Origin: Trypethelium eluteriae
Lineage: Eukaryota
NCBI GenBank assembly: GCA_051942245.1
Contig: JAVECL010000040.1
Coordinates: 1-64,000 of the forward strand
Direction of reading: 5' to 3'
DNA: 64,000 bases
Numbering within the stretch: position 1 is the stretch's first letter; every line of letters begins with the position of its first letter. The translations under genes and the position numbers were made by a program. The notes beneath the pieces are model-generated. The model worked only from the letters and a program-made list of their open reading frames with translations. It was not told where the DNA came from and did not search any database. Positions 1 through 10,379 of this stretch are shown in pieces.

Positions 1-140
1 CATCTCGCTGCGAGATGGTCGAGGCGTCCGTGCCACGTCCTCGCTTACTCCTGTTGCGAGACGCGCTCAGTGTTACGCGATTGGTGCACTACAAGTAGTG
101 GCTACCTCCAACGCGTCCTTGGTCAGGAGCGTTCGTAACA
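1..140 (-). mobile_element. Partial LTR of gypsy family A, inserted into the RT of the older gypsy copy; continues outside the window
   Basis: Near-identical to 3364-3504, with differences almost all transitions. Ends ...TTCGTAACA at 140 (TGTTACGAA on the minus strand) and directly abuts RT coding sequence. Confidence 0.9.
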
Positions 141-3100
141 CAGGTATATTTATTAATCCAAATAGCATTATTAAGGATTTAAATAGTCCGTATTTTGTTC
201 TAAATGCAGTTTTTTATTCCTTACCTTCCTTTATGCGGATGGAATTATAGGCATCTCTTTAATCTAATAATATGAGCCACTTTGCTCCGGTTAGGCGGTT
301 TTTTAGTTCTGCCGCATTAAGTAATAGATACTTATTCTTAACGGTAATAGCATTAAGTTTCCAGTAATTAACACATAGTCGCAGTTTGCTATTCTTCTTA
401 AGAACAAAGAGTATAAAGTGTTCTGCTGAAGACTCTAATTTTTGGATAAATCCCTTCTTAAGGTTTTCTCTTAGCTATTCTTAAAGCATCTCCAGTTCTT
501 TTTATAATTAGGGATATAAAGGTCTAAAAGTGGGCTGCTTCCCTAGCTCTAGTTTTATTTTATAATCCCATAATTAGTGCGGAGGCAGTACTTTTTCTGC
601 CCTCCCTTTCTTAAAGAGTAATAAATACTTTTTATATTTAAGAGGTATTATTATAAGTTCAGCGTTTTTACGCTCTGCGTTATCCCTTGGTTAACCTTCT
701 ACCTTTATTAAAATATTAGATATGCCGGATTTAGTTTGTCCTTCTTAGCCATCCTTATTTATTAATATTAAAGCCACACCATAGCTTATCCTTATCTTAT
801 CCCTAAAGCAATTTGCTGCTCCTCTGGGGTCCCGTATAATGCTATATTTGCACCTAAAGAACATAATTTCCCTTATTTCCTAATTAATATCCAGGTTATA
901 ATTCTGCAACCATAATAATCTAAGTATAATATTATACCTAATTAGATTTATAATATTAAGTTGGATTTCCTTAGTGTGCCCTTGTGTAATTATAAAAATA
1001 AATTTTATTTTAGTATTTACCTATCCTTGTCCTGCAAATTGTGGTCCAGTAGCTTTATATAAATTATATAACTTTTTTTTTTCCTTGGTGTTAAATCCAA
1101 TCTTTTTAGTGGTTATTATTGCTCTTATGTTTATTAATACACTATTATTAATTATTACTTTAACTTATTAGTTCTTAATTTTAACCTTAATCTTAAATAA
1201 TCCTATTATTGCTTTGCTAAGAGATGTTACATTACAACTTATTTATAACCCCTTTATAAAAAGTTGTTAACTTTTCCCTCTTCTTTTATTATTTTTCTGG
1301 CAGTTTTATGGCACTCCTGCTATTCCGGTTTTATGCTTTTATAATCCAGGCAATATTTATAACAATTTAGGTTATTGCATTAATATTTTGTATAATAGTC
1401 CGCTTGCTTTTGGCAGTGTTTAACACACACAATGCTAACACATTTTAGCCAGCTTATTATTTTACACACAGATAATTTGTAGGGCGGTTTTGGACACAGT
1501 CCTTATTAGGATTAACTCCTTCCCCAAGCTACATTACTGCCTAGTCTGTGGTATGGGCATATCTCCTTTTTTCTGCAGAATTTTTTGTTAAGTAAGCTAT
1601 AATTACCTTCCTATTTTCAGTAAAATTTATAATTCCTCATCCCACATACTGTGAAATATTAGAACTGGTATTATAGCTTCTTTTTATTTTGGTTTTTTGC
1701 CTATTAATGCTTTAAATACGCATTATTTTAACATTCCTCCCATCCAATTATCCAATTATGGTTAGGATGCTATAAGAGTCTATGGACTTCTTTCTAATAT
1801 CAGAAATTCTTTTGCTTTTAATCCCACATGGTTGGTAAAAGTTTAGGTTTTACACTTACATACGCCTTATAAATATTGCATTTTTATAATAAACATCGTC
1901 CTAAGAGTTAATAGTCTAGGTAATCTGCTGTTTTGGATACTAAATGCACGTAATATTTGTGTTTTCCCTAAGTCACTTCTTTCCCTTAGATTGTGTATAT
2001 AGGTGCTCATAAGTCCTCTTGGCTATTTGCAGGGTTAATAACTTCTTCTTATAAAGTACTTTCTTCCTCTGCATTAGATTTATTATTAATTGTTTAATAC
2101 TGGAAAACATCTAAATTCTTAATATTATTATTACTTATTAATTTATTAATAATAATTTTATCTTCTCCCAAGTGGACTTGGGTTGCTATATTAAATTCTT
2201 CTCTGCAATCTACCTTATTCTTGGATTAACAGTTTCTTATTATATGCCCTGGTTTTCCATAGGCATAGCACTTTTTTTTTATTTAGGCACTTCTTTCCTT
2301 CTTACTTTGCGTAAGGTTGGAGTACTAAACTCCTTTTATTAATTTATTATTATTATAATATTAAGTAATTCCTCCCATTCTTCCTGCTGGAATGTATAAG
2401 GCTAATTACTTTTTTATACGCCTTGCGTAAAATTTATTATCTAGTTTAATTAAGGTGTTAATAAGTTCTCACAACATGTTAATAAAGCTGCTATAACACA
2501 TTAGCTTATCCTTAACATTATCTTTAAGTCCTCTTTAATACATAGGTTATAACACTTTATTATTCTATTTTAATTTATTAGAATACTTTTAGAATTTAGC
2601 TGCGTAATCTGCTATTAAAGTTTTTTATATTAGATTCTAAATTGTTTACTCTGCTATTTTAACTTTATTAAAAATCCCAAAAATTTGTTTAAGCTTTTTT
2701 TTAAATTAAGGGAATCTTACAAAAAGACTGTTAGGGTCCTCCAAGTTATTAAGATATAAAGTTAATTTAGGTTTTATCCAATATTAGGCCTATCCTCTTA
2801 AGTATAATAAGGCTACTAAGGTTTATTAATTATTTAGAATTCTTTTAAACAAAAAGTAGAGTTGGATTTGGTATAGCCATTCTTTTAACTTACTCCTTTC
2901 CCTAAAGTACTTATTGGGTCATCCCACCTTGCCTTTTTTTAATAGGGCTTTGGTGCGGGACTCCAGCCATAGAGTGGATCCTAATTAACTCATCCTTAAG
3001 GGTGTTTTATTGTGTTATAAGCCTATACCCCCTAGTACAAGCACAGCTTATAGCAGGTATATAAAAGGGTCTTAGGAGTTTTTTACATAAGAGCGGAGTG

Positions 3101-3504
3101 TCAAGGATCCAATAATGTAAGAAGGGTTACTAAGCTTTAAACAACTTAATAATAAATAAGGTCTTATTTAATTTAGCTTATAACTAACTGTAAGTATAGC
3201 TAGGTATAATAACAGTAATAAAACGCAAGAAGAAGAATAAGAGTGTGCTTAAAACCCAGTTCCTTATATATTTATTTATCCTCTACTGCAGCCTTCCTTC
3301 TTGCTGGTATTGCAGTAAGGCGGGTGAGATGTTATCTCGCTTATTGCGAGGTAAGATCTCGCTCATCTCGCTGCGAGATGGTTAAGGTGTCCGTGCCGCA
3401 TCCTTGCTCACTCTTGTTGCGAGACGCGCTTAGTGTTACGCGATTGGTGCACTACAAGTAGTGGCTACCTTGCAACGCGTCCTTGGTCAGGAGCGTTCGT
3501 AACA
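141..3504 (-). mobile_element. RIP-degraded Ty3/gypsy LTR retrotransposon: 5' LTR, gag, CCHC knuckle, protease, partial RT
   Basis: Minus-strand translation with many stops. gag from ATG 2993 (KGKVG*PNKYFRERSKLKEWLYQIQLYF...LYLRG*A*YWIKP); knuckle CYAYGKPGHIIRNC at 2229-2270; protease-like VKVIINNSV at ~1135-1165; RT FVLKKNSKLRLCVNYWKLN...KTAFRTKYGLFKSLIMLFGLINIP ending at 141. Confidence 0.92.
3013..3504 (-). repeat. 5' LTR of the gypsy element (492 bp)
   Basis: Inverted termini TGTTATAA...TCGTAACA. Right part matches 1-140 and left part matches 3700-3900. gag ATG lies 20 nt inside. Confidence 0.88.
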
Positions 3505-3699
3505 CTTTATGTCTTATAAGATAATTATTAGCGTTATATTTAATAGCAAACACCCAGTAAGTGCTAATAATATTTATGCCTATAGTATAAGGGATGACAG
3601 TTTATGTGCTGTTAATGCTGTGGGATTTTAACTTTGCATTAATTACATTCTTTTATAACAGCCAGTTAGGTAATAAATATGCTTACTTATACGTGTTAG

Positions 3700-4188
3700 T
3701 GTTATGAGCCTATACCCCTGGTACAAGCACAGCTCGTAGCAGGTACGTAGAATGGTCTCAGAGTTTTTCACGTAGGAGCGGAGTGTCAAGGATCCAATGT
3801 ATGTAAGAAGGTCACTAAGCTTTTGAACAATTTGTAGCGAATAAGGACTTGTTCAATTGGGCTCGCAACTAACTGTAGGTACAGTGTGATAATAAAACGC
3901 GAGGGAGTCAGTTAAGCTGGTTCCCTCCTACATATATATACTTGTGGATTCCCTCTGATCAGCAGCTGCTTGTCCTTGATCAGATCCTTCTGATCTGTGG
4001 TTGATCACTACTGATCAGTATGATAAGTCTTGATCTGTGGGTGAACACTATAGATCACTCTCTCCTGATCTGTAGCTAATCGCTACTGATCGGTCACGTG
4101 ACTTGTGCTTGTTACGACCTATCCGTGGAACGCTTGCATTAAGTACAAAGGAGATGGCGTTCTGCCCTGACGCGGCTGGGTCGTAACA
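3700..4188 (-). mobile_element. Solo LTR (489 bp) with 5-bp target-site duplication GTTAG
   Basis: Termini TGTTATGA...TCGTAACA; GTTAG at 3695-3699 and 4189-4193; GC-richer than its flanks. Orientation inferred from homology to 3013-3226. Confidence 0.93.
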
Positions 4189-7100
4189 GTTAGGGATATT
4201 ATTAAAAGCCTTTATAATAAACGCGTAAGCTTTAATATAATTATTATTAAAAGCTGCAAGTTTGGTGTTCTCTTAAGCCTTACTTATTAGTTTAATAATT
4301 TATCTTATATGCATAATTTATCCTCCAAGAAATAATAATAAATATTTTAATTTAGTTAATAATTTGGATAGGAAGCTACTAAAAATATTATTAAATCTGT
4401 TAGGTTAATAGGACGGGCTGGGAGGCAGAGGAGTGTTTAGTTTAGCAGGGCCTGCTAAGGACTGTCTAAAATAGCCTATTTTAGAGGGCCTTTATAGCTA
4501 AACCTGTGTGGGCAATTTAGGTAAAATAGGATTCTGGCTATTAAATACTGCAGCTAGGTTAGGGTTCTTAGAGTTAATAATATCCATTTCCCAAATAAGA
4601 GCAGATAATATTGTGTATAGTTTAAATTTAATATCTTTTAATTTAATAATAACATTGCGTTAAGGGATGTAAATATAATGTATCTTTAATAATTTGCTGT
4701 AGCCTATAAATATACTATCTTTTACGCGGTAAAGAAACTTTAAATTTAATTTATAAGCCTCCTTTAGGATGTGGATATACACACCTTATCCAAAGGGGTG
4801 AAGGTATTTAATAGTAGGTTTTATTTTATGTAATACTTTAAATAATGTAATGTGGTTAAGCAAGGTGAAATAAAGCGAGATATTTTGTAAAAATGCGGTA
4901 ATGTGAATTGCTTTAGGCTAAAAAAATAGCAGTATATTATCTTAGATGGATGTATAAGTATCTATAATTATAATTTGCATAAATTACTTTAGGACCCTAT
5001 TACTTTTATGGGCATAGGGTGGTGAGGTTTTATGCATAATACCTTATTTCTTAAAGGTTTTTTCTGTGTCCTTATTAATATATTTGCTGCTATTATTAGA
5101 CTAAAAGCATTTAATCTTAAGGTCAAACTGCTTCTCTGCGTAGGTTAAGAAGTTTTTAATAGCATTTAGGACATCAGTCTTGCATACAATAAAGATAATC
5201 CAAATAAAATAAGTATAATTATTAATAAATATAAAAAAGTAATAGGATCCTTTAAGTAATGCTTTTAAAAATTAACCTAAAAGGTTAAAATAAATTAACT
5301 CTAATAATTAAGATAAGCGCTTTACTTTAATTAATAAAGGTTTTATATGTGTTAACTTTAAGGAATAATAAAAGGAGCAGTAATAATTCTTAGGTTTGCT
5401 GGGGATAAGATGTCTATTCTTATATAAATAATAAATATTCTAAGGCAGATGCATATATCCTATAGCAGCGTAAAAGTTATTATATAAGGCAAAGTATCCT
5501 TAAGCTACCTAAGCAAAAGTTTTATTATCCTAGCCCTTAATAGGTTTAAAGTTATTAAGTTGGATCTTTATTAATCTATTAATATATTTAGCTTATAAAG
5601 CATGTAAGCTATTATGCGCAATAAGGTACATATTATTCCCTTTATTTTTAAGATACCAGCCCTTCTTCCTAATATAGGTCTAGCTAAAAAGTTAAGTTAA
5701 TTATAATTTATAGCTATATGTAATATTAATTATCTTAAATATTTTAATAAATCTATTTAAAAGGAGATAATAAAGCTAAATTATTTTAACACCTTTAATA
5801 GGAAGTTAAAGTTTATCAGCACACAAAATTATTCCCTTTTTTAATTAAAGGGAGATAAAGTTCCTTATATTGCTAAATATGTGTTAAAAAGCAGCAGTAT
5901 TAAGGTTTTAAGCAAAGGAATTAGCAAACAAAAAAAAGGCCCATACCTATTATTAGCATTTATTATTAAAGTTAATTAAGGGATAAAAAAATAAATTTAT
6001 TTAAGCATAAAAGCCTTAAATTATAGTTAATATAAAATTATTTAATCCTAAATTTAAGTTAATTTTTATAATATTTGCTTTGCTATCTTTACTCTTCTGC
6101 TTCTTTCCACTAAATAAAAAGCCCTTTTTTTTAGCACTCTTAAAATATTAATAATTAATCTATACATAACTTATAAATATAAAGTTATGTTATTTATATT
6201 AATTGTATTCTTAATTCTTAAGTGCTTTTTTATTAAATTAAGCCTTGCCCTTTCCCTTAATTTTTTTGCTAATAAAGGTATAATAAGCAGCAGAATTAAT
6301 ATTATTAATATTAAAAAAGTAACCTTAAGTAATATTAAGTAGGCAAAGCTAGATGCTTAAAAAGCTTATAAAGTTTTATGCACTTAAAATATTAATAACT
6401 TTTCTTATTAAGTTAGCAAAAAAGAGGACAAAAAAGGATCTTTTTACCTTATTAAACTAAAAGGTAAATTTAAGCCCTTTAATTATTAAGGTTTTAAAAG
6501 AGGTATATTAATTAATAAGGGTGCTTTAATATTTATAAAACTTATTAGTATAGGTTTGGAGGTTATTTTTATTTTAGTATTAAAGCTAACTTAATTAAAA
6601 AAAATAGGTAAGTAATAACTTTATTTATATCCCTATTAAATTATTCCTTAAAACACTTCCATACTTTTAGTAATAATCCACATGTAATAATAAATAATCC
6701 AAGATTAAATTTAATAGCAATAAACAGCATAATTATAATATTGCTATCTTTTTTATTTTAACTCTTTCTTTTTATTAAATTTAATAAATAAGGGGTGTTT
6801 TTATATACAATGTCCTAAATATCTGCATACTTAAGAGCCATCTTTTATATGCCTTATTATTATGTGTAATTCTCCCCTATTGTTTTAAGCTTTAAAAGTA
6901 AGGCAGGGTTAATCTTAAAAAGCAAGGTTAACATAATATATGGGATGCAGAGTAAGGCTAGCTAAGGACTATCTAAGTTAGGGTGTTTTGAGAGGTCCCT
7001 ACTCCAATAAGAGATAGGGTAAATAAGAGTTAGAATATGGTAATTTAAGAATTAATTATGTCTATTTTAGGGCGCTAAAATTGGAGGAAGCAGCATAAAA

Positions 7101-7358
7101 GTTAAGATACTAAAAACAAAGGGAGTATCTATAATAGTATGTTCTTGCCTAAGTCCTTAATCAGAGGAAGGCACAATAAACAGGTTTAAATAAATCTCTT
7201 AGAAACTTTAAACTGGGTGCAGTACTAGCAAAACAATATGTAGTGCAGCCAGGATGCAAGTATAAAGTAAGAGAGTAATTCAAGCAAAGGTTAATAATAA
7301 TGCAGCGTGCTTTAGAGATAAAAGTTCATTAAATCTGATAGCTAACAGCGTGCATCCA

Positions 7359-7369
7359 GGCTCATAACC
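7359..7369 (-). promoter_or_regulatory. Primer binding site GGTTATGAGCC (initiator tRNA-Met anticodon-arm priming, Ty5/copia type)
   Basis: Plus strand reads GGCTCATAACC, matching the tRNAi-Met anticodon arm, directly adjacent to the LTR end. Confidence 0.85.
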
Positions 7370-7509
7370 TGTAGGAACGTAATGGGGACGAAGATGAGTT
7401 GTTGAGTCTAGGTTCGTAAGGAACCGTAGGCGAGACTAAATAGCGTATGCGCTAATACAAATGTGGTAGTGACAACCACCAAAAGACCCAATGCCACTGC
7501 CTTTCAACA
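7370..7509 (-). repeat. Copia 5' LTR (140 bp)
   Basis: Minus strand starts TGTTGAAAG and ends TTCCTACA, immediately followed by the PBS. Confidence 0.8.
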
Positions 7510-7530
7510 AAAGAGACAGCCATATCACTA

Positions 7531-8535
7531 CTACGCGTCTTGAATAAAATAACCCTGCTGTTTCGGCACGTGTCCCACCCACAACCTCCATGTTCCGTAT
7601 TCAGGGCGAATGCTCGCAGGGTGCTCTTCCAAGTATCCTTCATGTGTATCGATTTCTATGGTAACCCGGCTTCTCTGAGTGTAACGAGCATCAGAAGAAT
7701 ATCCGAAGATATTTACTCCTCCCTGGGGAACATTCGGAAATAGATTTCTTAGCCGATCCCGAAGTGAAACAATCTGATGTTCACGATGATGCCCATTATC
7801 TAAGCCAAGAAGAAGGCCAGTGGGTGCTTGCGGTGTAATAATGTAAATATGTACGGGATGTGGTAGAGCTGGGGTCTCCTCAGAAAATAGTTCTCCTCTG
7901 CCTCCGAGTTGTGCAATTCCAAGGCCTGCGCTTGGGCAGATTAGGGTTCCAAGCACTGTTGCTCCGTAGGTACGTATCAAGAACTCCTGCTCAGTTCGCT
8001 GCTGTAAGTGGCCACTCTCATCATGATAGAACGGTGACTCTGCTGCAATAAGCGAGATGAAGACACCTTTCTTAGTTATAATTAGGACGGCTGTGTTCCC
8101 GGCTAAGGTCTCGATGCCAAAAACACTTTCGCCTGGGTAATTTGGGAAACGCAACCCTTGGTTTCTTATTTGACCATTCGGCATGTTGAGATCTATCCAC
8201 ACATGTCGCTGATCTATATTCCTCCATATCGTTCTAATATGGTTGCGCTGATCACGCCAATTATTCAATCTTCTAAGCGTTCGCTTATGCAGACTGTTTG
8301 TTGCATTCGCAGAGATAGCCAGAGTATGAGCTGTATTATTGCATACAGTGCTGCAATTACCGGAATGACAAAGCGTGCGATTGTCTATGTGTAGATCACT
8401 CAAGGTATCAAAATTTAAAGTACGATTTTCCGGAATCTTTCTGCTAAAATTGGAAGCTGGGTTCTCTGCTGAATTAGTACCACTGGCTAGGAGAATGGTC
8501 AAAAAGTTGATTCCAAGATAAGACAAGATACGCAT
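7531..8535 (-). CDS. Predicted secreted protein (334 aa), effector candidate
   Basis: ATG 8535 begins MRILSYLGINFLTILLASGTNSA (signal-peptide-like), followed by a Cys triad and a Kex2-like LHKR site. ORF is uninterrupted, with a TATA-like element upstream (~8625). Confidence 0.75.
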   Translation of the reverse strand: MRILSYLGINFLTILLASGTNSAENPASNFSRKIPENRTLNFDTLSDLHIDNRTLCHSGNCSTVCNNTAHTLAISANATNSLHKRTLRRLNNWRDQRNHIRTIWRNIDQRHVWIDLNMPNGQIRNQGLRFPNYPGESVFGIETLAGNTAVLIITKKGVFISLIAAESPFYHDESGHLQQRTEQEFLIRTYGATVLGTLICPSAGLGIAQLGGRGELFSEETPALPHPVHIYIITPQAPTGLLLGLDNGHHREHQIVSLRDRLRNLFPNVPQGGVNIFGYSSDARYTQRSRVTIEIDTHEGYLEEHPASIRPEYGTWRLWVGHVPKQQGYFIQDA

Positions 8536-10379
8536 TATATTAGATTGAGAAGATGCAAGTTTTGTCGATTTGGTACATATGGATAATGTAAGGGGGAAAA
8601 AAGGGGGATGGGAGCAATAGAGCCTATATATTAATCTCTTATAACACTCACTATGGACGTGTGACTTCGTGCTAGCAGCAGAAACCATTGATTATGGAAA
8701 GCAGATCTGCAAAGATATTTGACGTCATTTATTGCGGTCGGAAAGCTGTTCTTGCCTTGTTTTTACAAGGCCGAGTCGGTCGTGCCGAAGGATACGTAAG
8801 AGATAATCCCGAGACAAACAAACTACCTTTAGCCGCTGTCAGTAGATCTACAGACGATCCTGTATGGTTTCGTACTCACTCGGTAATTTCGACGTGTTTT
8901 CCGTACCTCATAACAGACTAAGACAGACTGTGTCATCCCATAGGGAGTTAGAGTATCTATTCAGAGACTGTATTCAGGTGCTCAAATAATATCAAAGAGA
9001 TTCGGAAATCCTATTCTACGCTAGTTGGAATGAGGTGCCATTATCGCCAGTAAGGTAGTTCAAAAGATCGCCTTTTATATTGATAGATCAATAGCTTAAG
9101 CAGAAGATTAACCAATTGAAGGTTCTCCCACACTAGATCATGAAGCTGAAGGACTGAGGTCACTGAGGTGACTGAGACGAGCATCAAAGGGCAGTTCAGC
9201 GTCCGCAAACAATAAAAACGGCATCGAAGATTAACATACTTTCCAATATAGTAGACTTGCTTTATAGAGCATTTCAACATTTACCTAATTAAGGTAATCC
9301 GTTTCAAGCTTGAGCAGAACTCCATTCTAGCCGAGCTCGGGTTGAGGGTTATGTAAGTAAGTCTGGACCGAGCTCCTTTTCTGGTTGTCCTAATTGCGGG
9401 ATTACGACATGTTCCGATCATCTTCCGATGTCTAAGTCTTATGGACACTAGAGCGCCAAAAATTAGACAACTCTTCTCCCTTCTTATACATAAAATACAT
9501 CTACCTAAATAAGCTAGTAGCGAAAATTTCGTGTCATCAAAAAGTAACACTTAAATGTTAATACCTTCCCAATTAGATATCGTCTCATCGGAAATATGAA
9601 GCTGCTGAGATCTATTCACTGTTAGTCTGTTACACAATTTTCGAGACAAAAGTAAGGGTTGCTGTCGTTAAAACGGCTGACATAGCACTACAACTGTAGT
9701 AAAGCTTGGTTAAATCTATTTATTTTTTTTAATAGAGCTGTAGTTTATTTTAAAACTATTTCTGAAGCTGAATAAATCAACACACACCTTCTCACTCTTA
9801 TCTTATCTCATCCCGTTGCCGTGGAAACCGTAAAGTACTAGATCTGGATTAAGGCTGAAGACCAAATTTGCGACCCATCGCCTCTGGGTCAATAAGCCAA
9901 TTCGCTAGCTTATACTTCATCTCATTCTACATCAGTCACCCGGCTGCGTGAAAGCGTTAAAGCTGATCTAAAATGAACATAAACGATGAAACCCCACGAA
10001 ATATGTTGATCTGTAATTTTATGTAATTTCATGCAAAAATAGTGATATCACAATTATTGTTGGTAAAATAGTAATTGCTAAATAGTTTTACTATTTATTA
10101 TTACTTGTACTATTACTATTTACTATTACTATCATGAAATCTGCGTTATTACGTTATTATTACTTAGTAAAATAGTAATTACCAATTTACCAACCCGACC
10201 CGTCCCATCAATAAGATCCATGTTACCGTGAATTGATACGTAAATGGCCAGCGCTACTATAGTACTGGAGTACCCACAAAGTAGACCAGCTAAAGTGTGC
10301 TCTCTGTCTGAAACCGGTATAAGGCTTAGCACTCTCTGCTTTGAATCAGCATCATTTAGCAAGATTTTTTCCGCTACAT

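Larger units (their letters stand above)
3505..7509 (-). mobile_element. RIP-degraded Ty1/copia LTR retrotransposon: 5' LTR, PBS, gag region, protease, integrase, start of RT; interrupted twice
   Basis: Minus-strand remnants in PR-INT-RT order: protease-like *NLNTAAF*HIF (~5870-5910); integrase LELIYFNL...KIKCF*SNNSSKY...HKTSPPYAHKSNRV (~4990-5305); LHPFG*GVYIHI (~4770-4805); RT start PNTYK*A...YWVFAIKYN...IRHK, cut at 3505. Confidence 0.88.

Noticed and set aside
1..140. LTR at 1-140 as the 3' LTR of the gypsy element starting at 3504
   Set aside because: The RT is cut mid-motif at 141 with no RNase H, integrase or polypurine tract, so a nested insertion fits better.
974..3461. Plus-strand ORFs 974-1171 and 3243-3461
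   Set aside because: Chance frames antisense to the dead gypsy pol or inside its LTR.
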